NCBI GenBank assembly: GCA_001875345.1
Contig: MIZA01000021.1
Coordinates: forward strand, 6,222 to 70,221
DNA length: 64,000 nucleotides
From: Marine Group III euryarchaeote CG-Epi1
Lineage (GTDB): Archaea; Thermoplasmatota; Poseidoniia; MGIII; CG-Epi1
Direction: 5' to 3'
The first letter of the stretch is position 1, and the number at the start of each line of letters is the position of its first letter. Shown in pieces: positions 56,136 to 64,000 of this stretch. The notes beneath the pieces were generated by a model. The model was not told the DNA's origin and made no database searches. It saw nothing but the letters and a program-made list of their open reading frames with translations. The position numbers and the translations under genes are program-made.

Positions 56136-58736
56136 CTAAATGTCAATTTCTCCTTCTAGACCACAATCCGGACACTTAAGTGCATGTGAACCGGATATCT
56201 TAGGAATTTCAATTTGTGAGGAGCATTCTGGACATTCAACAGTCATAGTTTCAGGAATTTCTTTACTAACAACACGTTTTCGCATAATCTTCTTTTTTGC
56301 TGGCTTTTTTGCTTCCTCATTAGTAGATTTAGAATTTAAGGGTGAATTATCGGACAACGGTTTAGGAGAAGATGGAGTAGTAGGTGGTGAATAAGTGTCA
56401 AAGCTATCTCTGCTAAAATAAAAGACGAGTCCTCCAATACCTATGAGAAGAATTGCAATACCAAGTAAGCCTGTAGTGGTCGTTAATTGTGAACTTAATC
56501 CAGCTTCTTCGTTTGTAGAGGAAGAAGTAGTTGATATTTCGTCACCAACAATTGGGATTTGACAATAATTCGTTGCAGTTAATCCATCATTATCTGTAAC
56601 TTTAATTACAACTAAATATCCTTCATCATCATCAGGAGTTGAATTGTAAGAATGTGTTGCAAAATTAAACCCTACAAAATCAACTGAATCTGGTGAAACT
56701 CTACTTGGACTATCAAAATCCCATTCATATTTAACAATTGAACCTTGAGGCTTGAAAGCAGATGCTGTGAAGAAAGCTTCCTCGTTCAAAGCTATTTCAG
56801 GATCACAGATTAATTCAACTGAAGGCTGTGAAATTATAGATAAAGTCAAATTAAGAACATTACTCTTCGCACCTTTAGAGTCTTGAACATAAACTGAAAC
56901 TATATGTTCGCCTTGATCTGTAAGCTCAGAAGAAAATAAAGCTTGATTATTATCATTAAAAAGAGTTACAGTTTCAGTAGACCAATAATAAGTTAGGACA
57001 TCTCCCTCATCAGCATCTAAACCCAATACTGTAATTTGAGCTTCTTCTCCGGCAATAAGAGGATTTGGATTAATTGAATCTAAATCTATTGTGGGAACTG
57101 CATTAACTATAATGCTTACACTAACATTTGCGGACCAAAAACCAACGCTATTTTTAGCTCTAAAGGTTATTGTATGTGTACCTAAGCTTAAGTCTGAAGA
57201 AGTCAAATTTAAACTATTTGATATTTCACCATCTAAGTTAGAAATCCATTCAAATGTTTCAATGTCTATTTCTTCTGAAGTTGTAGATGAGGCTAAAGCT
57301 GAAATTACTATCATATCTCCTAAACTTATCAAGCAATTATCTAACGTTGGACAGTTTGAAATTGATAATATTGAAACTTCGGGAAAATCTCCTACACCTA
57401 TTTCCTTAGTAACTGGAGAACTCCATCTCCCCTCATCATCTTGTGCCATGAAAGAGATTATGTGCAGTCCCATCGTCAAGTTAGAAATCGTAAATGTATC
57501 TGATGAGGAAAGATTGCCATCTATTGAAGAAGACCAATGATAATTGGAAATTGTTCCATCTAGGTCTATTGCTGATCCTGTGAAATTGATTGTTTCACCA
57601 GGAAGAGCAATACTTGGATTAATTGAATCTATGTTAGCTACTGGAGCTTGATTGTCTAATAATTGTTCATAATACACAGACAAACCTGATTCACTTCCAA
57701 CGACAAGATTTTCTCCCCGGTAAGACACAGATACTGCAGTCACTGCATCTACGGCATTAACTCGCCAGACTTCATCCCCTGATGTCACGTTAGCTAAGAC
57801 TATTTTTTTATTATCTGAACCTGCAAAAACATAAGTTCCTTTTCCGTTAAAAACACAGTCACTAACATCACCACCTATATTTTTCTGCCAGATATCTGCC
57901 CCAATTATACCATCAAAAAGAGTTAACATTCCTCCTTCAGTCCCATAAATATAATATTTTGAATTAGCTCCAGCTGAGACACAGGATACTGTGTCAGGCT
58001 GGAACATCGTAACTGGATCGCCTCCTAAAGAAGAATATACATGCACTCTCCCTGAATCAGTTCCAATTATCAAATGTGAACTATCACCTGAAAACTCTAA
58101 ATCAGTAATTTTACCATCTAGCGCATCTGAATGAAACCACACATTATCCTCATCTGAAGTTAAAAAAACATAAACATTGCCGTCAAAGGTTCCTGCTGCA
58201 ACATATCTACCATCAGGTGAGATGCTAGCTGTAGCCATTTCTTGAGTTGCAAAATTCTTATTCCAAACTTCAGTGCTACTACTCTTGTCGAAAAAATAAA
58301 CATTTCTGCGATCAACTGCCGTAATGTTTGAACCATCTGCAGAGATGTCTATTCCATATAATCCTGCAAGAAAACCTCCCTTATCCCATACCTTTGTACC
58401 TTCTTCCCACAATGTCAGTTTATTTGTTTCTTCACCTGTCAAAACATATTTACCATCGTCAGACATTTCCATATATCGAATACCATCCCCCAAAGTCTTA
58501 GTGTTGTAAGGATTATATGGCGAAGAAGTATCATTTTTCCACAATGATACTGATTGTGCATAAGTTGCTGAAATATTCTTTGAATCGGATGATATAGCAA
58601 CATTGGTAATTGAACTTGAGGAAGACCATGTCCAAACAGGATCTTTTTCAGCTTCAGCATTAAATGATGAAGATACTAACAGTACAAGAAAAGCAAATGC
58701 GACGAAAATTCTAACTAAATTCAAGATATTCCTCAT
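56136..58736 (-). CDS. Large cell-surface protein: signal peptide, beta-propeller repeats, PKD/Ig-like domains, single TM helix, Ser/Pro/Lys-rich cytoplasmic linker and C-terminal zinc ribbon
   Basis: The propeller blades match [ST]xDGxY[VI]xxGTxDGxVYVF, the same repeat type as the cytoplasmic SHOCT protein. PKD-like modules carry WSSSIDGN / WDFDSPS motifs. The TM helix is LLGIAILLIGIGGLVFYF. The C-terminus is CPECSSQIEIPKISGSHALKCPDCG. Many N-x-S/T sequons are present. Confidence 0.6.
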   Translation of the reverse strand: MRNILNLVRIFVAFAFLVLLVSSSFNAEAEKDPVWTWSSSSSITNVAISSDSKNISATYAQSVSLWKNDTSSPYNPYNTKTLGDGIRYMEMSDDGKYVLTGEETNKLTLWEEGTKVWDKGGFLAGLYGIDISADGSNITAVDRRNVYFFDKSSSTEVWNKNFATQEMATASISPDGRYVAAGTFDGNVYVFLTSDEDNVWFHSDALDGKITDLEFSGDSSHLIIGTDSGRVHVYSSLGGDPVTMFQPDTVSCVSAGANSKYYIYGTEGGMLTLFDGIIGADIWQKNIGGDVSDCVFNGKGTYVFAGSDNKKIVLANVTSGDEVWRVNAVDAVTAVSVSYRGENLVVGSESGLSVYYEQLLDNQAPVANIDSINPSIALPGETINFTGSAIDLDGTISNYHWSSSIDGNLSSSDTFTISNLTMGLHIISFMAQDDEGRWSSPVTKEIGVGDFPEVSILSISNCPTLDNCLISLGDMIVISALASSTTSEEIDIETFEWISNLDGEISNSLNLTSSDLSLGTHTITFRAKNSVGFWSANVSVSIIVNAVPTIDLDSINPNPLIAGEEAQITVLGLDADEGDVLTYYWSTETVTLFNDNNQALFSSELTDQGEHIVSVYVQDSKGAKSNVLNLTLSIISQPSVELICDPEIALNEEAFFTASAFKPQGSIVKYEWDFDSPSRVSPDSVDFVGFNFATHSYNSTPDDDEGYLVVIKVTDNDGLTATNYCQIPIVGDEISTTSSSTNEEAGLSSQLTTTTGLLGIAILLIGIGGLVFYFSRDSFDTYSPPTTPSSPKPLSDNSPLNSKSTNEEAKKPAKKKIMRKRVVSKEIPETMTVECPECSSQIEIPKISGSHALKCPDCGLEGEIDI

Positions 58737-58770
58737 AAGTAATTAGTAAGGGGGATTTATTACAGTGAGC

Positions 58771-59373
58771 CTACCCTCTCATCAAATTATATCGGCCGCG
58801 TAACTCTAACACTTCGAGGGCCTTAAGAACTTCTCCGGAAGATTTCCAGTCAGAGTAAGCATCTAAGAATATTTCTCTTCCCTCTATTTCAGAATGATGT
58901 GCTTCTAAGGATTCTAAAAAAACGCGAAGATCAGAAGCTCTAGATTCGGCATCATCATCAAAACTCGATAAACCGAAATCAATTGCATATAATCCTCCTG
59001 AAATCATAAAATTACTAGTTGTAGGATCTCCATGAACTATTCCAGAAGAATGAATTTGTGATATGAGAATTGCTGTGGAAACCAAGTAGTCTCTGAACTT
59101 GCTTGTTCTAAGACCTTCTTCAAGAGTCATACCATCAATGAACTCCATTATTATCTGAGATTTCTCGGCATTAACTTCATACAAAGACGGAACTAAGACT
59201 CCTTTTGATAAAAGATATTCAATAACCCGTGACTCACTTCTCAATCTTTCAACAACAAGTTTTCTTTCTAATTCTGGATGCCTGTATGAACGTTTGTTCC
59301 TTACTTTAGACACTGCTGTAAAATTTTGCCATTTTACCTTCTCAACTACAGCTTCCGCACCTCTAAAAATCAT
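58771..59373 (-). CDS. bud32: KEOPS complex kinase Bud32 (RIO-type atypical kinase)
   Basis: The 200 aa product has the IHSSGIVHGDPTTSNFMI catalytic-loop region (HGDLTTSN signature) and a Gly-rich loop at the N-terminus. Its start overlaps the kae1 stop by 4 nt. Confidence 0.75.
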   Translation of the reverse strand: MIFRGAEAVVEKVKWQNFTAVSKVRNKRSYRHPELERKLVVERLRSESRVIEYLLSKGVLVPSLYEVNAEKSQIIMEFIDGMTLEEGLRTSKFRDYLVSTAILISQIHSSGIVHGDPTTSNFMISGGLYAIDFGLSSFDDDAESRASDLRVFLESLEAHHSEIEGREIFLDAYSDWKSSGEVLKALEVLELRGRYNLMRG

Positions 59374-60350
59374 CTCCAGGTTACCTCAACCATATCTGTT
59401 CTATATTTTTGGTGAACTTTATTATCCTCTTCAGTAATTTTATACTCTCCATTAACCATCTGGTAACCTAACCAGCCTATCATTACTCCATTATCAACAC
59501 ACAGGTCCTTTGAGGGGATAAAACACTTGACGCCCCTTTCTTCAGTCATTATAGTTGCCATTTCTCTAAGCCTTTCGTTGCAAGCAACTCCTCCTCCCAA
59601 AACTAACTCAGTTTTTCCTGTATGGGCTAAGGCCCTTTCTGCAACTTCACAAGACATTGCAAATGCGTTTTCTTGTAATGAATAAGTAACCGTTTCAATT
59701 GAATGTCCAGAATCTAATTTAGATTTAGCTGCAGTCATTAAACCAGAGAATGCCATATCCATTCCTTTAACTGAATAAGGTAAATCCAAAAGTTCAGGCC
59801 CTTTAGCCAACTTTTCAATCTTAGGGCCGCCTGGAAAACCCATACCTGCCTCTCTAGCAAATTTATCTAGACCATTACCAATTCCAATATCAATTGTTTC
59901 CCCAAAGACTCTGTACTTTTCAGATGCGTAAGCTATCACTTGTGTGTTAGCTCCTGACAAATACAACAAAACAGGATCGGTCGCTCCTTCAAGCAAGCCT
60001 ATCTCTAAATGAGCTACGCAGTGATTAACTCCAATAAGGGGAATATCGTGAGAATAAGCAAATGCTCTTGCAGCTGTTGCCCCTGTCCTTAAACAAGGAC
60101 CTAGTCCGGGACCTCGAGCATACGAAACTAAAGAAATCTCTGAAGGCTTCAAATTCGCTTCTTTGAAAGCTTTATCAAAAAGAACTGGAAAAGTATCTGA
60201 ATGATGTCTCGCAGCCTCTCGGGGGTGAATACCACCTTCTTCGGGAATATACATTGATCTTTGATTAGACAATATTTTTCCTTCTGAGGTAATTATTCCT
60301 ACACCTGCTGTATGGGCTGTCGACTCAATACCTAGAATTATACTATTCAA
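59370..60350 (-). CDS. kae1: tRNA N6-adenosine threonylcarbamoyltransferase Kae1 (KEOPS catalytic subunit)
   Basis: The 326 aa product has the ASKHA fold with ILGIESTAHTAGVGI at the N-terminus and the metal-binding HxxxH region (VNHCVAHLEIG). Confidence 0.9.
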   Translation of the reverse strand: MNSIILGIESTAHTAGVGIITSEGKILSNQRSMYIPEEGGIHPREAARHHSDTFPVLFDKAFKEANLKPSEISLVSYARGPGLGPCLRTGATAARAFAYSHDIPLIGVNHCVAHLEIGLLEGATDPVLLYLSGANTQVIAYASEKYRVFGETIDIGIGNGLDKFAREAGMGFPGGPKIEKLAKGPELLDLPYSVKGMDMAFSGLMTAAKSKLDSGHSIETVTYSLQENAFAMSCEVAERALAHTGKTELVLGGGVACNERLREMATIMTEERGVKCFIPSKDLCVDNGVMIGWLGYQMVNGEYKITEEDNKVHQKYRTDMVEVTWR

Positions 60351-60355
60351 AATGA

Positions 60356-61765
60356 TTACTCTTCCTCTAAAGATTCATCGGGAATTGCCAATTCTCTCTC
60401 ATACTCATCTTCATTTGACTTTTCGCCGGAATCAGAATCCTCATCTGATAACTCTGAGTCTGAATCTTGATTTTCCATTCCGCTGTAAATAACATAAGAG
60501 CATACCGTTAGTATGATGAATACAGCAAATAACGTAAGCATATTCCCTGAATCTGTGGTATCTTCGCTTACATCTCCTATTTCAACAAACTTTGACATCG
60601 AAAGGGTAAGGTTACCTGAAGAACTTAAGTCCAAAAACGTAGTTATTTTGAGAGATAATGGCCCTTCCAAAGAAGCCCTCCATGAAATATTGCCTATGGT
60701 TTCTCCCTTTGGAGAGAGTGAAATACTTTCTCTTGCAAAACCTTTGTTATTACTAATATCCATATCCAGAAATAAGTTAGAGAAATTATAATCTGTTGGA
60801 TTATTTATGGTAACATAAACATTAATCTCAGACCATTTTGAAACAACTTGTCCTGACTTCCAAAGATTTCCTGAGGCAAACACTTCTGCAGACTTATATT
60901 CTATTGCCGATAAATCAAGATTAAAAGAGCGATTAAAATTCGTATTTGAACTTACAATTTGTGACCATTGATCATCTACGCGAGCGAAACCGAAATTTGC
61001 AAATGCTGAAAAATTAGCTACATGGTCTATTCGCTGACCTGTGGAATCAATTTCATACTCTTTTGCCCAATTCCAAGTTCCTAGCATAGAACCATCTGAA
61101 TCCCATTGACGAATTTGAAAACCTGAAACCGGCAAATTTGTTGAGGTATCAGTTGCGGTGAAGGTTACCCACCACTCTTGAGTCATCCATGCTAAACAAT
61201 TAGAAAAAGTAACTTGGTTTTGTAAAGGTATTGATCCTATTGAACGAAGGCCTAAGGTATAATTCGAAATTAAAACGTTATCCATAGTTAAAATTGTATC
61301 TTCAGAAAATACTCCATAGTTTACAATATTGTGGCCATTCAACGAAGTATTTTCAATACTTGCATCGCCGCCAACAAGCCAAACCATTGAGTAATCAATA
61401 CTTGCTCCAGAAATAATCAAGGAACCTGCGTCTGAAACAATTGTAAACATGCTGTAAGAAAGTGTATCATTACTGTAAGCACTAATTGTTGAATTCAAAA
61501 TTCGTAATTCTCCCGTTGAATTTATTCTAATTTCGGAAATTGTCAAGTCAATTGATCTATTCACATTAATATGAGAATTTTCAATAGATAGATTGCCATC
61601 AACAAGTATGTCACCATTTAACCATAAATTTGAATTTGAAATTGTAACATCCTCCCCTAAATCTACCTTTAAGACATCATATTCTAGCGACTCAGAAGAA
61701 ACCTCGGTCATTACTAAAAATAGAGAAAAAATGAAAATAACACCGATAATATGCCCCAAATTCAT
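60356..61765 (-). CDS. Secreted glycoprotein-like surface protein with parallel beta-helix-type repeats, C-terminal TM anchor and acidic tail
   Basis: A signal peptide is present. Repeated short strands rich in N, S, I, L (ISNSNLWLNGDILVDGNLSIENSHINVN...) are followed by more than 15 N-x-S/T sequons. The TM helix is LTLFAVFIILTVCSYVIY, followed by a D/E/S-rich tail. The gene lies 5 nt upstream of kae1 on the same strand. Confidence 0.4.
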   Translation of the reverse strand: MNLGHIIGVIFIFSLFLVMTEVSSESLEYDVLKVDLGEDVTISNSNLWLNGDILVDGNLSIENSHINVNRSIDLTISEIRINSTGELRILNSTISAYSNDTLSYSMFTIVSDAGSLIISGASIDYSMVWLVGGDASIENTSLNGHNIVNYGVFSEDTILTMDNVLISNYTLGLRSIGSIPLQNQVTFSNCLAWMTQEWWVTFTATDTSTNLPVSGFQIRQWDSDGSMLGTWNWAKEYEIDSTGQRIDHVANFSAFANFGFARVDDQWSQIVSSNTNFNRSFNLDLSAIEYKSAEVFASGNLWKSGQVVSKWSEINVYVTINNPTDYNFSNLFLDMDISNNKGFARESISLSPKGETIGNISWRASLEGPLSLKITTFLDLSSSGNLTLSMSKFVEIGDVSEDTTDSGNMLTLFAVFIILTVCSYVIYSGMENQDSDSELSDEDSDSGEKSNEDEYERELAIPDESLEEE

Positions 61766-61847
61766 AACATAACAAAGACTATCCCTTATAAATTCTATCT
61801 ATCTAGGGAGTGAAACTCGTTTTAAAGGGAGCTTTATCTGACATACA

Positions 61848-62657
61848 ATGAGAAAGGTCCTAGGCATTATCATAATCATAATGATGTTGCCTATTGCGCA
61901 ATCAGAAATTGATGATTATACAAGCCACCCTGGCAATATACCTAATTTTCACAATTTTAATACACCACAACTAGAACCTGGAGAAAGGGGTATTTTTTCA
62001 CTTGAAATACAAAATAGATACATCGGAAACATTACTGATGTCAGTATTTATGCTGAAATATATCATAGAGCTGATATTGATGATTCAGAAACTTTGGTTG
62101 AAATTAACGGCGCAAACAGACCAACTATTACAGAAAATTGTTGGAACTACAAAAACAATGAAGAAAATTGTTCAGACAGCCCTAATCTTGAATCTGCAGA
62201 ATTTAACATAGAACAACTACTGGTTAATCAAACTGTGCAACTTAGATTTGATGTAAACACTAAGGAGGATACTAAAGAAGGAACTTACTTTGTTAGGTTT
62301 TCCATGAGTTATGAATTTAATGAAACAGATAGAAATCTCCAGTCAAGAGGTTTCTGGGATATGGAACAGTGGACTAATGCCACTACAAACCTAACTGAAG
62401 ACTATCCTGGAAATATTAATCTTAACTCACTAAATGTTGATGGTATAATTCCAGATTCTTCTTTTGGAGTCAAAAAACCCATACCAAAATGGCCTCTTTA
62501 CTTGCTAATTACACTCACAATAGTATTTGCAGGACTTTCTGTAATTTTTTATCTGGAAGAAGAAGAGACTTATCCTGAATTAAATAAATGGCTTCAGAAG
62601 ATGAGGGGCAAATTTAATCAATTTTGGTTGAGTTTTAAGTACCGAAAAGGCAGCTAA
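61848..62657 (+). CDS. Secreted hypothetical protein with C-terminal TM anchor, N-glycosylation sequon-rich
   Basis: A signal peptide is present. The helix is LYLLITLTIVFAGLSVIFYL. The 3' end overlaps the convergent GGR gene by 78 nt. Confidence 0.35.
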   Translation: MRKVLGIIIIIMMLPIAQSEIDDYTSHPGNIPNFHNFNTPQLEPGERGIFSLEIQNRYIGNITDVSIYAEIYHRADIDDSETLVEINGANRPTITENCWNYKNNEENCSDSPNLESAEFNIEQLLVNQTVQLRFDVNTKEDTKEGTYFVRFSMSYEFNETDRNLQSRGFWDMEQWTNATTNLTEDYPGNINLNSLNVDGIIPDSSFGVKKPIPKWPLYLLITLTIVFAGLSVIFYLEEEETYPELNKWLQKMRGKFNQFWLSFKYRKGS

Positions 62658-63758
62658 AGAAGCATAATCTAGATCTCCCGTCCTTTCGATTGTTTTCTTT
62701 ACCTTTGGTTCACCAAGAATCGATATTATTTCAGCTAATTGATCATCATTCAAACTCAAAAAGGCTTTCCTGAGATAACTGCCTTTAGTTAATTCACCTC
62801 CAATCCGAGTTGAAATTAGAGATTGGTATTCGCTTAAATTAGTTGCACTCAAATTATTAGAATCCAGAGCCTTAGAAGCAACTTCAAAGGCTGCATCTGC
62901 AGAAATTAGGCCCGAATAAATTCCACCGCCTGAAGTAGGCTTTGCCATACCTGCTGCGTCACCTGTTAAAATGACATTATCGGTGTAACTTGGATTTGCA
63001 GTTCCAAAAGGGATTAAACCACTAATTAGATTAATTATCTTAGCGCCTCCAAGTAATTTTGAAGGTGCTCCTTTCAAAAAATAATCTCTAAAAAAATGTC
63101 TTGGCTTGTGTGGTAAAGTGGTAGCTATGCCAATTCGACCTTCATCAGGACCTGTAGGTATTCCCCAACCAAAAAAACGAGGAGCTAATTCAGAACCGAC
63201 GAAGAGGTCTACATGAGTGTCTCGGCCTTTGTATCCTTTTACATCAGCCCCAAATGCGGTCAATATTTCTCTTTTTCCACTGATTCCTGCATTTTTCGCA
63301 ACCCTAGACAGAGGGCCATCTGCGCCAACCAATAACTTAGCTTCAATACTAAACTTTTTGTTCTTATTTTTTACACTTGCCTTGATGCCACCATCAATCT
63401 TCTCATGACCCAAATATGTGTGGCCGTGAAGAAGCTCAGCTCCAGCATCTGAAGCTTTTTCTGCAATAGAACGATCAAGATCTGGCCTATCAATTACTAA
63501 CGCTTTAGTTTCAGATGCCTGAAAATCTAAAAAAGAATCCTTTGGACCCCATAGCCTAGCTCCATCCATCTCTTGTAGAATAGGACGTTCATATCCAAGA
63601 TATTCGAAAGTTCTAGGTGTTACTAAGCCAGCGCATTGACACGGTTCGCCAATAATCTCAGCTCTATCAAGCAATACGACACTGTAGCCTTTTTTTGAAA
63701 AATTCCAGGCTGTTCGGGACCCGCTTGGTCCAGCTCCTACGACTAAAACGTCAAGCAT
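62580..63758 (-). CDS. Digeranylgeranylglycerophospholipid (geranylgeranyl) reductase, FAD-dependent
   Basis: The N-terminal dinucleotide-binding motif is VLVVGAGPSGSRTAWNFSKKGYSVVLLDR. The 392 aa length and the GDAAG region (LTGDAAGMAKPTSGGGI) are typical of archaeal GGR. Confidence 0.85.
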   Translation of the reverse strand: MLDVLVVGAGPSGSRTAWNFSKKGYSVVLLDRAEIIGEPCQCAGLVTPRTFEYLGYERPILQEMDGARLWGPKDSFLDFQASETKALVIDRPDLDRSIAEKASDAGAELLHGHTYLGHEKIDGGIKASVKNKNKKFSIEAKLLVGADGPLSRVAKNAGISGKREILTAFGADVKGYKGRDTHVDLFVGSELAPRFFGWGIPTGPDEGRIGIATTLPHKPRHFFRDYFLKGAPSKLLGGAKIINLISGLIPFGTANPSYTDNVILTGDAAGMAKPTSGGGIYSGLISADAAFEVASKALDSNNLSATNLSEYQSLISTRIGGELTKGSYLRKAFLSLNDDQLAEIISILGEPKVKKTIERTGDLDYASLAAFSVLKTQPKLIKFAPHLLKPFI

Positions 63759-63768
63759 TGCTTGAGAT

Positions 63769-64000
63769 TTACTCTAACGGAACTAAATCGACCTGACACT
63801 TATCGGTTAATCCGGCGTCTGCAAGTGTTAAATTATTATCAACTGCCACACCATTCAACATTACTGCAAAGTTTGCATGTGGTAATGGGAATTTTCCTAC
63901 ACAATTTTGTAATAATTTGTTAACTGGCATATTAGATGGAACTTTGACATTTGCTGTCTTTCCATCAATTGTTGATACAATTGCTACACTAATCTTTGAT
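63769..64000 (-). CDS. 3' part of a gene running off the window edge; C-terminal beta-grasp / ubiquitin-like (TGS- or ferredoxin-like) segment
   Basis: The frame is open from the window edge to TAA at 63769-63771, 10 nt upstream of the GGR start. Its translation is ...VKVPSNMPVNKLLQNCVGKFPLPHANFAVMLNGVAVDNNLTLADAGLTDKCQVDLVPLE. The ORF track missed it because there is no start codon in the window. Confidence 0.35.
   Translation of the reverse strand, partial: SKISVAIVSTIDGKTANVKVPSNMPVNKLLQNCVGKFPLPHANFAVMLNGVAVDNNLTLADAGLTDKCQVDLVPLE

Noticed and set aside
57091-58660. Plus-strand ORFs 57091-57540 and 58324-58509 and minus ORF 58439-58660 inside the large surface-protein gene
   Set aside because: They are alternative-frame shadows; the real frame has continuous repeat and domain structure over 866 aa.
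1-64000. CRISPR arrays, IS elements, integrases, prophage or restriction-modification genes
   Set aside because: These were looked for by eye as regularly spaced direct repeats, terminal inverted repeats and transposase- or integrase-like ORFs. None were seen. The only notable DNA repeats are intragenic, in the RGG tract and the acidic-repeat gene.

Overview
The window is AT-rich archaeal DNA. Archaeal markers include a PGF-CTERM-anchored subtilase, LonB, split Kae1/Bud32 (KEOPS), a DUF35/thiolase/HMG-CoA-synthase trio, digeranylgeranylglycerophospholipid reductase, a prepilin-type A24 peptidase and an Lrp regulator. Several bacterial- or eukaryote-like enzymes are also present: type II glutamine synthetase, type 1 IPP isomerase, ALDH7-like dehydrogenase, DnaJ and a Rieske oxygenase. 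This combination, together with many secreted proteases and N-glycosylated surface proteins, suggests a planktonic marine euryarchaeote such as Marine Group II (Poseidoniales). That lineage call is an inference. Coding density is high on both strands, with short overlaps (ATGA/TTGA) indicating operons, and two tRNAs: Ala-UGC on the minus strand and Pro-UGG on the plus strand. The main functional blocks are: (i) ABC-2 transporter, dnaJ, a membrane protein with an RGG-rich tail, a Rieske oxygenase, and MFS/MATE/LysE transporters; (ii) a roughly 13 kb minus-strand module of two anchored S8 subtilases, a PKD-fused peptide-binding protein, a fused OppBC-like permease, two Opp-type ATPases and an ABC exporter; (iii) acyl-CoA synthetase, a beta-propeller-SHOCT protein and pyruvoyl arginine decarboxylase; (iv) mevalonate-entry genes (HMGCS, thiolase, DUF35) followed by LonB, a GHMP kinase and two GT4 glycosyltransferases; (v) an unusual zinc-ribbon / acidic-repeat / tandem small beta-domain protein and a GNAT; (vi) GSII with a divergent Lrp, thioredoxin, a TPMT-like methyltransferase and cyclophilin; (vii) surface proteins (LVIVD-like propeller, beta-helix, propeller-PKD-zinc-ribbon), PepD, Nudix, prepilin peptidase and ALDH7; (viii) an isoprenoid cluster (idi type 1, GGPP synthase, a GXGXG glutamate-synthase-like protein), an ABC-2 exporter, KEOPS genes and GGR. 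No CRISPR array, IS element or integrase was seen. Candidates for undescribed biology are listed in the findings.
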